IMG/VR virus record: IMGVR_UViG_3300001335_000606 | Direction: 5' to 3' (one strand) | Length of the DNA stretch: 60,376 nt | From: an uncultured virus (IMG/VR IMGVR_UViG_3300001335_000606) | Lineage: Duplodnaviria > Heunggongvirae > Uroviricota > Caudoviricetes | In this document: one piece after another, positions 1-12,184 of the stretch | Numbering within the stretch: position 1 is the stretch's first letter | How the letters are laid out: each line of letters opens with the position of its first letter | Program-made: the position numbers and the translations under genes | The notes under the pieces: generated by a model | Told to the model about the DNA's origin: nothing | What the model saw: the letters and a program-made list of their open reading frames with translations, nothing else | Databases searched by the model: none

Positions 1-26
1 TGTTCCTTTGTTTATATTCTACTTAT

Positions 27-50
27 ATTATAACTTAAAATTTGAAAATA
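27..50 (-). promoter_or_regulatory. Putative promoter (T-tract + GTTATAAT) for a gene beyond the left window edge
   Basis: Reverse complement reads TATTTTCAAATTTTAAGTTATAAT, followed by an AAGGA SD-like motif at the edge; same motif recurs before other gene starts. Confidence 0.55.
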
Positions 51-57
51 ATTCTTT

Positions 58-1071
58 TTAATTTTGAAATCTCTAATTAATAATCTAATAATCAATGGCT
101 TGAACTCCATATTTACGACGTACACCCATTTTCTTTATTCCATTTTTCTTTCTTAAAAAGATCTTTCTATATTTGCTAAACTAACAAAAACAATTCTGAA
201 TATTCGACAATGAAAGATTTCTATAAGAAGCAGGTAAGTCGTACATTAACTATTCAAACCCTGTATGCTAATACTCACGCAACCATTTGTCTAAATTGTC
301 TTTTACATAATAAACAAATTTGTATCTTTTCTTTCTTGGTATATTGGGGCAAAGATAATCTACACCTGCTAATGCTCCATTACCTAAATATACAAGTTCA
401 TTCTAAGTTATTGCTGTCTAAGGACAATAAGTAATATCAACATAAATTTGATAGGCTAAAAAGTTTCCAATACCTTGCTGATTAGAAATTGCTTTAAACA
501 CCTGTTCAGCATTATTGCTTTCTAATCCTTCCTTGAATGTCTAAAATTCTCTTGAATGATAAAATTTCCACATTCTGTAAAAGGGCATAAATACAATAGG
601 GGTATCTTTATCATCACCTACATGCTTTCCCAAAACTCCACTATTCATATATGCCCCTCTATGCAATTTAGCATTCTACTAAATAAATGGAGAATAATAG
701 TCCATTATTTCTTTAAAATCTTTCTTAAGAAGGGATTCTTTTATTGGAAATTTAAACCTTAAGAAGGTCGCAGGTTGATTAAATATTCTGAACCAAAAAC
801 AATTACAAGCTTTTTCATATATGTTTAACTAGTCATTATAACAAATATGTTTCAATACAAATTTTGTGACCCTATCATGCAATCTTCTTACATTTGTAAA
901 TGAATATGTTTGTAATATGGGATCATTCGTCCAAGGCGGGTCTAATTTTTTTATATCTTTCTTCAAATGTATTTTATATCGTTCGACAATCCAATATAAA
1001 AACATTTTCAATGCCTACTAATCGAGATTCTACTAAATTAAAGATAATATGTCTGCATATTTTTCCGTCAC
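58..1071 (-). CDS. Alpha-glutamyl/putrescinyl thymine pyrophosphorylase clade 1-like (aGPT-Pplase1) DNA base-modification protein
   Basis: TAG read-through gives ~337 aa from GTG to TAA; motifs FLYWIVERYKI..PPWTNDPILQTYSFTNVRRLHDRVT, GIGNFLAYQIYVD, NIQNCFC*FSKY. Confidence 0.8.
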
Positions 1072-1076
1072 ATTAA

Positions 1077-1469
1077 TCAATCCAAATCTCTCATTCTTCT
1101 ATAACAGTTTAATATCAATTGTTTTAATCTCCCTTGGGACTAGCTTTTAGATTTTAGATGTTTAAGTTTCTTGATCTTCTACGGTGTAAACTAAAAGGTA
1201 ATTTGTGTAATATTCAATTCTACTTGTTTAATATCAAATATACCATAGTTCTACAACATATCAAGTAAAAGAAATGTGTCTTCTTCTCTAGTCCCAAAGG
1301 AAAAACTTATATAAGTGGTCTTAACTTTTGCACCGAAATTTGATAGTTTATATACCATCTAATCATGCTATAAATTGTACCCTCCAAGTTTGTTTAAAAA
1401 CTAATTTAAAAAAAAGTTAAAGAATTTTTGTTTGTAATTTGTCGATATACGCTAATATGCACTTTGCAA
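1077..1469 (-). CDS. Hypothetical protein (130 aa)
   Basis: GAGGT SD, TTG start, open through TAGs to TGA, fills the gap between neighbours. Confidence 0.6.
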
Positions 1470-1484
1470 GGTGTAACCTCTTTA

Positions 1485-1718
1485 TTAATCGTTTAAAATC
1501 ATTTTTTGATATGGCTTGCTTTTAATATTCTCATTAATAAATGTCCCCTTTGATGGAGCACTAATTAGATCCTTCCATTCTTTTTCTGTAACATTGTCGT
1601 AACGATACTGATTTCCACCTTTGTATTCAACAATAAGCTCTTGCTTTTCTGTGGAATACCAAAGTGTTTGAATGTGAGATGATTCAAATGAATCAAATTT
1701 TTCAAATGTTGTTTCCAT
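1485..1718 (-). CDS. KTSC domain protein (no TAG codons)
   Basis: SSHIQTLWYS..LIVEYKGGNQYRYDNV..LISAPSKGTFINENIK pattern; AGGAG SD. Confidence 0.85.
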   Translation of the reverse strand: METTFEKFDSFESSHIQTLWYSTEKQELIVEYKGGNQYRYDNVTEKEWKDLISAPSKGTFINENIKSKPYQKMILND

Positions 1719-1751
1719 GATTATTTCTCCTGTATTTTTGATACTACTTAA

Positions 1752-1775
1752 ATTATAACTTACTTTGAAAAAATG
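1752..1775 (-). promoter_or_regulatory. Putative promoter (T-tract + GTTATAAT) of the leftward KTSC operon
   Basis: Reverse complement CATTTTTTCAAAGTAAGTTATAAT about 33 nt upstream of the KTSC ATG. Confidence 0.6.
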
Positions 1776-1889
1776 TTGTATTTTTTATTTGAACATTTTT
1801 TTTAAATATTTTTTTCAATTCATCTATAATTACAATTAGTGGTGCCAAAATGGGCTACAAAAAATAATTGCTCTAGGAGGATTATTATT

Positions 1890-2399
1890 ATGAGTAAAAA
1901 AGATGAAAAAAAGATGGTAACCAGACCCTTTAATGGAACTATGGTTCGAAAACACTTCTAGTCACCATTCAATTCCTTATTCAATGAACTATTTTCTTAG
2001 TTCATGACGGATTTTCTCCCCACTAAATCGGATTCATTTAATTATGAATTTGGAAGCTATCCTAAATGCGATATAAAAGAGTATGAAGACAGTTTCCAAA
2101 TAGAAATGTAGATACCTGGACTTACAAAGGATGATATTAAAATTGAATATAATGAAAATGAAGAATTATTAGTAATAAGTGGAGAAAAAAGAACTTTGGC
2201 AGGCGAAGAAGATGGTGCTGTATACCTAAAACGCTAGCTCAAAAAGTCAAAATTCTTACGATCCTTTTATATTTCTAAGCAAGAAATAGAAGGTGAATTC
2301 CAAGCTAAATTTAATGATGGTATTCTTGAAATTGATATTAGAAAAAAAGAATCAAAAGAAGAAAAAGAGAATTCCATTAAAAAAATTTAGATTAAATGA
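1890..2399 (+). CDS. Small heat-shock protein (Hsp20/alpha-crystallin)
   Basis: YPKCDIKE..IEM*IPGLTKDDIKIE..LVISGEK..KR*LKKSKFLRSF..AKFNDGILEI; GGAGG SD; ends TGA. Confidence 0.9.
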
Positions 2400-2423
2400 A
2401 AAAAATCTAATGTGAATAATTAA

Positions 2424-2456
2424 AGGGTTGGAGAATAAACTTCAACCCTAGTTTTT
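2424..2456 (+). terminator. Rho-independent terminator
   Basis: AGGGTTGGAG-loop-CTTCAACCCT stem followed by a T-run. Confidence 0.6.
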
Positions 2457-2482
2457 AAATAACATAACAAGAGGAGAACAAT

Positions 2483-3346
2483 ATGTCTATTAAAGAACAA
2501 GAAAAACCCCAAAATTTTGGGTAGTTAATTAACAAGGGTACATCTATATCTGTAAAAGATATAGTAAAAGGAAAGGATGATGCAATTGTAAAAATGGAAT
2601 CTCTGGAAAATGCTTAGTATGAAATTGTGGATCTTCCATCAAGAGGCTGGACATATCCAGAAGATTCGGTTTTATCAAGTGGTAGAATTAAACTTAAATT
2701 GCCAACTGGTAGAAATTAGGCTATCTTGAGTTCGCAAAATTTAATAAAAAAAGGTATTATGATAGACGAATTTCTTCGTTCCTTAATATTAGAAGATTTT
2801 CAACTATAGGATTTACTAATAGGTGATAAAAACTATATAACATTTGCATCAAGAAGATTGGCTTATGGAAATTAGTATTAGGTTTAGATTGAATGCCCTA
2901 AATGCGGAACATCTGAAAAAATTAAAGTTGATTTATCAAAACTAGAATTAAAGGATTGTTCAAAATTATTTGAATATCCAAAAACTACAAACTAGTTTTA
3001 GTTTATATTACCTGATACAAAGAGAAAGGTGCTCTTTATTTTGAACAATGGTCACACTTAGAAGACCGCAGAAAAGAGAATTAAAGCTGAAAAGAATCCA
3101 TAGTTGGAATTAACTATAAAAACCGCAGTACTCGTTAAATAGTTTGATGGTGAAACATAGTATGGAAAAATCTTAAAGTCGGTTCAAGAAATGTCTGCCA
3201 AAGAGCATGTAGCTTTGAGAAAACATATGAGATCCTTAATGCCAGATATAATTTTATCAATTCAACATGAATGTGGAAATTGCTTTAGAAGTTAGGAGGT
3301 CTTTATACCTTTGACGGTATAGTTTTTTTGGCCAAGCATCGGTTGA
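2483..3346 (+). CDS. Baseplate hub assembly / tail assembly chaperone (T4 gp26-like)
   Basis: VDLPSRGWTYP, DLLIGDKNYI..RRLAYG, two CxxC motifs, C-terminal PLTV*FFWP; upstream of tape measure gene. Confidence 0.7.
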
Positions 3347-3542
3347 TAAATATTTAATAATACTAACATAGACTTTATTAAATTACTCTTTAATGTCTGG
3401 AGGTGCTATTAGTGTAAATTAGCTTTGGAATGTCCCTATATTACGAAGAAAGCTTTATTTTAAAGTAATTACATAGTGGTACGAAAGATAGAGAGAATAT
3501 AGAAAACAGCTAATAAAAGCCACAGGTGCGAAAATATTTTAA
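3321..3542 (+). CDS. Second chaperone segment (gp51-like), probably a frameshift extension of the previous gene
   Basis: Open frame overlapping the T7 run at 3323-3329; ISVN*LWNVPILRRKLYF motif; only internal ATG (3393) has no SD. Confidence 0.5.
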
Positions 3543-3563
3543 CCATCTGTAGGAGAAACCATT

Positions 3564-3758
3564 ATGAAAAAAACCAAATTAAACGAAGGTGCACTGGAGG
3601 ACTTTTTTTATCATTTTTTTGGAGCACTAGGTATTGACAAAGTTATAGCTAAAAAAATAATAAATGAACCAGAAGTTAAAAAATAGATTATGAATGTAAG
3701 AAGATCAGCTAAAATAGTGAAAAGAAATGCTGAACGCTGGAAAAATCAAAATAAATGA
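3564..3758 (+). CDS. Hypothetical protein (64 aa)
   Basis: AGGAG SD, ATG, one TAG, ends TGA. Confidence 0.65.
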
Positions 3759-3860
3759 TATTATAATATTATTATTATATATATATTATTATATATTATT
3801 AATTAATTATATATATATTAATATAAGTAATACATTATATATAATATATTATATTATTTA
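3758..3860. other. Almost pure A/T intergenic tract
   Basis: About 100 nt containing only two G/C bases, built from TAT/ATA units. Confidence 0.8.
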
Positions 3861-3874
3861 GGAACTTAAAACGC

Positions 3875-6800
3875 ATGACAATTGAAGATTAGAAATTAAA
3901 TCGCCAGATCAAAGATTTTGCCTAGGATATAGAAGATATTTAGGATGACATATAGTCTATAAAAGAAAATTCTAACGAATTAAATTATTCTATTTCAAGA
4001 GTAAACAAAAGAGTATCAGAATGGCAAAAGGGTGTAGAGCAGGTTTCTAGATAGATTGGCAATATTAAAAGTGACGTAATTGATTATGCAGCATAGCTTG
4101 TAAGAATAAAACAATCTTATAAATAGTTAGGAAAAACAGGAAAATAGTGGTTATCTTCTGTAAATTATTCCCAAATTTATGAAAAGGCGACAAAAGCATT
4201 AACATAGCATAAAGGATTGTTCCATTCAGCATTCAGAGAAGTTAATAAAACTATGATAAACATGGCGAAGAATGCTTCTAAAATGGGTACTTATGGATTT
4301 GCAGATGTTACACAAGAATTAAAATCGATAGACTATTAGCTTCTTGATATATAGAAAACAATTAAATCAATGTAGTTATCAGATAATAATCTTGTTTCAG
4401 AAGAGGAGATAAAGAAACTAAGAGAAACTCAATCCTTGCTTATTGATCAAAGAAATCACCTTTATGATGTTAATAAGTTACAAGTATTGTTAGATGCAAA
4501 ATTGTAGGTTGCAAATAAATAGTTAGGCAAAATGGGGGAAAAATTAAATACTGTTAAATAGGGTTTTTCTTCAACTCTGGACTTTATATCAAGTATAGGT
4601 ATATAGTTACCAGGCTTTAGAGATGCCTTAACCAAATTAGATTTTAGTTAGGTTTTTGCTAAATTAGGACCCAAGATCAGTTAGACTACATTTGCTTTAT
4701 CTGTAGGTCTAAAAAATGCAGCGAAGGGTGGATAGAAGCACTTTGGTAAAATGCTAAAAGCATTAGGAGTAGGTCTCAAATCATTAGTTGCATCAATTGC
4801 TTTTGCTATTGCTACTATTGCGTTTATCGCAGTAGCAGCTGTATTTGCTTTAATAGGGGGTCTTGTACTGGCTGCCATACAAAGAGGTTAGGAATTAAAA
4901 AGAATTGCTCTAGGTGTTCAATCATCTGCAAATGCTTTAACTGGATAGTCTGTTAAATTTTCTTAGATTTATTCAACTTTAGGTGGTTAGCTTGGTGGAG
5001 AAAAAGCAGCGGAGTTATATAATACAATGAGGAATTTAAGGGATGTTACAGTATAGACTGCTAAAGAGGTTCAATTGTTATAGCGTGGTTTTGCTGTAAG
5101 TGCTTCGCAATCTTCTGCCATGCTACAAAATATGCGTTATAATTATGGCATGACAGAAGAATCTAGTAATAAATTAGCTACAATGGTTGCCCAATTTGCA
5201 GTTATGCACAAAATACAACCTACTAAAATCTTTGAAGAAATGGCTAATCTTAGCTCACAGGTGTTAACATATTTTGGTGATAGTCCTGAACATTTGGTTA
5301 AAAGCTTATTCTTTGCCAGAAAATTAAATTTAACAATATAGGATATGGCAAGTGCCGCGGAAAGTTTAAGTGATATAGAAAACACAATAGCGAAATCTTT
5401 ATAGGTTCAAGCTTTAACAGGAAAGCGTATAGATGTTGAATAGATTTTAAGAATGCAGTATGAAGGAGATACTGAAGGGGCGGTTGCCAAATTGGTTGAT
5501 ACCTTCGGAGAAAGTTTTGATAAGATGCATTTTACTCAAAAGAAAGCCGTTGCTGAACTTGTAGGTATGGATGTTCAAGCTTTTTCAAATGCAGCGAATT
5601 CTATAAAACAAACTGGCAAAACTGCTGAAGAATCTTTACAAGATCTTGGTACTTCAGTTAAAAAATCCATGGATGAATCAGAAGCAGGTTTAACAAAGGT
5701 TGCTACTAGCGCATACGGTCTTTAGACACCTCTTGAAGGAGTCAATAGAGAAATACAAAACGCAATATACTCAGGATTCAAAAAAGTTGTTGATTGGGTT
5801 TAGGATAATGCACCTAGAATCATTCCAGTAATATAGCGTATATCAAATGCTCTTGGATAGCTTGTGATTAAAGGATTAAACTGGTTATCAAAGCCTGAAA
5901 ATGTGAGTAAAATATAGAAATTTGTTGACACATTATTAACAGGGTTTTAGAGAGTACTGAAAGTTATTCCCGATATAGTTTCCTTTATTACTAAATTTAT
6001 ATCTGGTATTTACAAATTGTCTGGTGGAGGAGTTATGGGAGTTCTGGCCGTAGGAGCGGCATTTGTTGCAATTACACAACCTATAACGACAATATCTCTT
6101 TTATTAAGTGGAATCAAAAAATTGGGAATACTTAAAGGATTGGGATCATTAGTTGGATTTGGAGGTTTAAGCGGAGTTGGGACTTTAGCAAAAAGTATGG
6201 GTAGTTTTTCAACAAAACAAATTGCAGCTGGATTCGCAGGGAAGGCATCCAAGGATGCATTAGCAGGAGCGGGAAAAGCAACAATGGGGTTGGCAAAAGG
6301 ATTATCTGCAGTAGCTGGATTAGCAGCCCCAGTAGCAATTGCTATAGGTGCAACTTATGGTATTGTTAAAGTCGCAGATTATTTTTCTAAAGCGGAAGTT
6401 GCAACTCGCAAATACAAGAAAGAAATTGCTAAAACATTACCTTTGCTGGATTCCCAAATAAGATTAAAGAGTTTGCAAAATCAAAAAGCATAGGATGAAA
6501 TAAATAGTTTGCAAAATGCAATTCAAACTCAAAAAGATTATGCACATCGCACTAATTTAACAAAGATAGAACAAGATAAGTTAGCAGATTCATATAACAC
6601 TTTAATACAAGCATATCCAGATCTGAAATCAGCAGCGGACGGATATAAATTATCAATGTCAGGTATTGCTCAAGCTACAGAAAATACAAGAGAGAAGATT
6701 TAGGACTTAATTTGGGCACAATATGAATTAGAAAAATTACAGGTTAAACAAGGATCTATAAATCTTGCAAAAACTATGACTGAAGATAAGGATTATAAAA

Positions 6801-7429
6801 ACATGTTTCGTCAGTATAGCTTATCTGGTTCCTATGAAACTATTTTAAGAGATAAGGATTATAAAAACATGTTTCGTCAGTATAGCTTATCTGGTTCCTA
6901 TGAAACTATTTTAAGATGGTTAACCGAAGGAGAAGTTCGTTCTGCATTAACCAAGATGAAAGATATTAAGCCTGCAAATTTAAATGCGAACCAAGAACTA
7001 TTATGGCAAACATTAGAAACTAATTTAGAAATATTTAGCATGCAATAGAAATTTGCAAGAGAAGCGCGTAATAAATCACTACGAATGATAGCTCCGCCAC
7101 TAACAGATGAACAGTAGAAAGCACAGTAGAAAGCAAAACAAGAAATAAATGAAGACTTAGTATCAGTACGTGGTGGAATATATCCTTCCGCAGAGGGTGG
7201 TATAGCAACAGCACCTGTTGGTGCTTGGGTTGCTTAGGCTGGATAGTCGGAAGCAATTATTCCTCTTTCGGATTTATCTCATGTTTCTGGTGTTGATAAG
7301 GTTTTGGCAACTTTGGAAAAGAAAGAGAATATGTCAAATAAACCTATTAATATAACATTGAATATTGACGGAAGAAAGGTTGCTGAAATTTTAACTAAAC
7401 ATACAACACCTTCAACAGCATTAGCGTAA
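3875..7429 (+). CDS. Tail tape measure protein (~1184 aa)
   Basis: Five ORF-track fragments share one frame and join by TAG read-through; helical, Ala/Gly-rich hydrophobic stretches; C-terminal VA*AG*SEAIIPL and LNIDGRKV motifs. Confidence 0.85.
6785..6916 (+). repeat. Perfect 66-bp in-frame tandem duplication in tape measure gene
   Basis: DKDYKNMFRQYSLSGSYETILR encoded twice with identical nucleotides. Confidence 0.95.
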
Positions 7430-7444
7430 TGAGAACTAAATATT

Positions 7445-9367
7445 ATGGATTATAAAATATATAATTTGAAAAATAAATCGTAGTTTCTTTATATACCTAA
7501 AGCCGGAAAACCTGATAATGAAGTCAGAGATTATGATAAGCTTTCCCCCAAATGGTTAAATTAGTAGTACGAAGATTTAAAAAATTTTTATATACCTAAA
7601 TCTGGAAAACCTGATAATGATGTCAGAGATTATGATAAGCTTTCGCCAAAATGGTTGAATTAGTAGTATAAAAATTTAAAAAATTTTTATATACCTAAAT
7701 CTGGAAAACCTGATAATGAAGTTAGGGAGTATGATAAGATTTCACCAAGATGGTTGAATTAGTAGTATGAAGATTTAAAGAATTTTTATATACCTAAAGC
7801 CGGAAAACCTGATAATGAAATTAAGGATTATGATAATTTTTCACCATATGAATGGATGCCATATAATGATTCTTTAGATGCTTATTTGAAAAACTTATAG
7901 GCAAGATTGATATATCATCGTCTTCCTGGAAAGAAAACTACTAAAGAATATAAAAGCATGTAGTCGGCGTTAAGAAGAATTATTGATGATGATTATATTT
8001 TAGATAAGGAATATATACCTAAAGCAAAAAGTAATGAAGAGGGCAAGCCTCGTATTGGAATGCTAGATCCCATTGGAATATGGTCTGAAACAAACAATTA
8101 TAAATCATATCATTTTGAATTCTCCAATACTTTAGGTCAACCTGCAGGCTCTTTTGCAGATCATGTTATGTATTTCAATCCGTTGGATAGGTCATATATT
8201 CCATACACTTGGTTACCTAGAATTGAAATAAACAAAGATGCAGCATCTTCTTATCCTGATGTTAAGATCAATGCTCCACTTCCTATACAACTTTTAACAG
8301 ATAAGATATATTAGGGTGTAAACTATGTCTAGGACAAAGCATAGAATCTAGCTAACAAGGCTAAAGCAGCAGTATCTAAACTTAAATACGCTTTAAAATT
8401 ATCTGATGAATAGGACAAACATAAATTCTCTAATGCTCCGTCTTGGGCTACATATTACGGAGTTTATAAAAACAAAACTAAATATAAGAGAAAATTAACA
8501 TTATTTGGTTCTAATATTTCATTATTAGGTAATGTTAATGACAAAATTGTTGTTAATGACCCTTTGTCCTATCAAGCTTAGTCCTACATGTCTTATTTGT
8601 ATGATGTTTCAGATCCTAAACAAAAAAATATTATTGCAAATGAGAATAGACCACAACAATTTTCTTATGATTAGGGTAATATTATAAAATTTTGGATTTA
8701 GGATGCAAATAATTAGTTGATAATGACAACACCTGCTTTCTTAACAAATCTTGAAGATCAAGGATTATCTGGTGAGTGGGATGAATTTAAATATGTTGGT
8801 GCTACTTATCCAAAGTTCCAATACAAGGGTTCAACAAAAAGAACAATTAAATTTGATTTAAAAATAGGTTGTTTTGAGAAAAAATATATAAGAGCATATT
8901 TATAGAAGTTAAATTTTTTAAGATTAGTAGGTACTCCTTCTTATAAAGAGGTTTATTTTACAAGATAGGATTTAGGTGATACTTAGTAGACCTTTCCTGT
9001 ATTATATCCAAGAGCTCCTTTATACAAATTAACCTTAGGTGATATAATTAGAGATACGTATGGGTATTTTGAATCTTGTGATTTAACTTGGAGTGATGAA
9101 GAAGCAACTTGGAATTTGGATAAAAAGAAGATTTTGAAAGGATTAACATTAGAAGGTGGCAGGAATTTCCAAGATATGGAAGATTCCAGAACAGACGGAA
9201 TTGGTTAGTAGCAATGGATAGGAGATGACAATCTGAATAATATATAGTTCCCTATAGTAACAAGTGTTGCTTGTACTTTTGTTTGTATGTATGGATTAGG
9301 GTTTACAAATACAATAGATAGAAGCAATTATCAAAACTTTATTTATAAGCCTACGGAGAGTTAGTAA
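7445..9367 (+). CDS. Baseplate / tail-tube initiator-like protein with N-terminal 33-aa repeats
   Basis: 640 aa by read-through; C-terminal PAFLTNLED..WDEFKYVG..YKGSTKRTIKFDLKI..PLYKLTLGD pattern; follows tape measure gene. Confidence 0.6.
7490..7846 (+). repeat. Coding tandem repeat, 99-bp period, ~3.6 copies
   Basis: Units start at 7490, 7589, 7688, 7787; consensus YIPK(A/S)GKPDNEVRDYDKLSPKWLN**YEDLKNF. Confidence 0.9.
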
Positions 9368-9636
9368 TGGCTAGTAGATATGAAAAGTACGCCAAAAAGA
9401 ATAAGGGGTATTATCCCTTTACTTTATATCCTTCAGTAATACCTAATAATGTGGATTTTTATTAGATTACGGTGAGTGTTGGTGACAGATTAGATTTGTT
9501 AGCTAAAAGATATTTTAAAAACTCAAAGTATTGGTGGGTAATAGCCATGGTAAATGATATACCAGGAGATTCGTTAATAGTATAGCCTGGAACTACATTA
9601 TATATTCCAAAATAGGTAACAACATATGTTTACTGA
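9367..9636 (+). CDS. LysM-like baseplate wedge protein (gp53-like)
   Basis: VGDRLDLLAKRYFKNSKYWWVIAMVN..PGTTLYIP. Confidence 0.8.
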
Positions 9637-11695
9637 AACATTTCAAAATACGGTAATAAATGAATTCAATAAGAGAGCTACATTTAGTGCATTAAGACCC
9701 GAAGATTTATAGTAGCAGTTGCAGGAATAGGAGATAAAATAGTATAAAAATTGGTTACAGAGAATGCCATTTGTGATAGCTTATTCCAATCTAAGATATG
9801 AAGATGAATCTTTGGAAGAAACGATGAATCATTCGGTCTTAACAACAGCAAATTTTGGTTCAATTGCAGATGTTACTACAACCAAATCTTTTTACGATTA
9901 TTATCAAGTTTAGCCTCTGGAAAGTGGTATATAGTTTGGAGTACATCCAAAACCTATGATAAAATCTTTGGATGTAACAGGTAGAGGAAAGAATGGAACA
10001 TTGAAATAGGTTAAGCTAACAATAGAGTGTTATAACTTTTAGCAATTTTTAAATGTAAGAAGATATTTTGCTGTACCTTGCACTTCTATATTTTTGCAAT
10101 TTGGTAATTTTGTAAATGAAAATGAATTTAGATAGCATCTATACCCCCCCATTGAGATAGTATATAATAATCCTCAAGGCAATATTGAAGAGACCTATCT
10201 AAATTAGAATCATTGGTCAGAAAAATATGAAGACGCAGTTCATATGGATGCTTTACATGGAATTGTTTATGGTTTTGATGTTGACCAAGATGTTAATACA
10301 TATACGCTTACTGTTAATCTTATAACAAAAGGTTTGTCTTAGATCTTTAATTATATGCCAACTTAGTTTGCGTTAAAAGAACAGTAGTAGACCTTTGGAA
10401 ATTCTTTAGCGTCAGCCTTAACTAGAATTGTTAATAATAATGAAGAATTTAAACAACAAAAGTAGGTAGCATTTTTAACAGACGCAAAAGAACCCTATGT
10501 AACATTTAATTGGATTGTTAATGTAGTAATATTGGGTATTCGTAATCATATGTATACTTCTTTTATAAAAGAAGGTTAGAATCTTAATATGTTCCCTGCA
10601 TTAGCTAAGAATATGTTTGTTTTTAAACCCGAATAGAAAATGATAGATTAGTTTTATTCCAACACGAAAGATGTAATACTTTTGAATTCAATTAACAATA
10701 AAAATAATATTGGAAATAATTTTAAAGTTAAGGTTCAGGATGTATAGGAAAAGTTGGATTTTTATAGAAATGTAGTTTATAAAGTTTTAGAGATTACAGA
10801 ACCCACAGATTAGCAATATAATGGTTATGGTTCTTACAAACCTTATTTTGATGGATTAAAGAATCCTAATTAGAAATTTGGCTGGACGGGTAATATCTAT
10901 ATTAGATTTTAGAAATTGTTATAGATTCTTAAAACATAGTAGCAGTTAACCATAAATTATTTATTAACCTAGATTATTAAACTTATTAAATCTGCCTTTA
11001 ATTTTTCGATAGGCGTATCCTATCTGCATAAAAAAGAGTTATTTCTAATAGAACAATATAGTTTGAATTATGTAGCGGAAAAACATCCTTATAAAGTACC
11101 TAATTTGTATTACAATAGTATTGTAAAATCAATAAGTTCGAATTTTTCCATGCCGGATAACTATAAAATTACAATATTGCAAGCCTATGGAGGAGATGGA
11201 GGATTATTAAACCAACTCTTTAAGGGCATGTTTAAAGGTGGTAAACCCAGAGATATACAGTTGCATCAGGGTCTTCCTAATTCGATGACAGAGGTTACAT
11301 AGTAGGATGAACAAGAAACTTAGGAAAAAAACAATAAAAAAATAGAACAGTATGATAGCAAAATAAAAAGTATATATGATGCAAACGGTATACTAATAGT
11401 AAAATAGATTTAGAAATCGGAAATGGCAAAGACTATTAGTTCATATAATAGATTGGTATTAATGAGATAGTAGAACGAAATTGTCAAAGAAAATGGAATT
11501 AGGTCTGTCAGTTCTATATATAAAATTTAGATTGAATTAACCTTTGATTTTATAGCTAATATTGCCTGGGGTCAATTGTTTCAATTAAATATAAATCCCT
11601 TGGGTTGGTTTTCAAGATTTTATGTGATATAGGTTCAATATAGAATAAATGAATCAGGTGCTGAGACAATTATAAAAGGTATGATTTTAGTATGA
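9626..11695 (+). CDS. Probable baseplate hub protein (~689 aa)
   Basis: Continuous frame with TAG read-through; position in baseplate cluster; beta-rich C-terminus (FYVI*VQYRINESGAETIIKG). Confidence 0.5.
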
Positions 11696-12183
11696 GTTTT
11701 AAATATACGGAAGGCAATGAATTCTTCAAAAAGGATGATACAGAATATATTGGGTATTATCATTAGGTTCGAGGCAGGTATTATACAGGTAAGCGTCATG
11801 TTTATAGACAATCAAAATAGATTTTCAAAAAAACTTTTTAGGAAGATAATTTCTTTGAGCATGCTTTGAAATTTAAACCAATAATAGAAGATTTGAAGAT
11901 TGATTGGAACGATGTCAAATTAATAAATTATCCATTGTCATAGTTGGACTAGTAGACATCTTCCATTTACATAATACAATTGAAATCCGATAATTCATTT
12001 TATGAAGTTGATTAGACCACTTTTAAGATTTTTAAAAAACATCCATTATTTAACACAATTTCATTTAAAATAAAAAATGACACGCAACATTTTTTAAGTA
12101 CTATTTATAATAGAAATTAGTTACTAAAGAATGTTAGAGATTATAGAATTAGGGAGTATTTGATTAAACATAGAGGTATTTAA
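11692..12183 (+). CDS. Conserved phage hypothetical protein
   Basis: KYTEGNEF..EYIGYYH..YYTG motif; ATGA overlap with upstream gene. Confidence 0.65.
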
Positions 12184-12184
12184 T

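Noticed and set aside
210..762. Plus-strand ORFs 210-434 and 556-762
   Set aside because: Antisense to the aGPT-Pplase1-like gene
7490..7846. CRISPR array
   Set aside because: Contiguous in-frame coding repeats with no unique spacers
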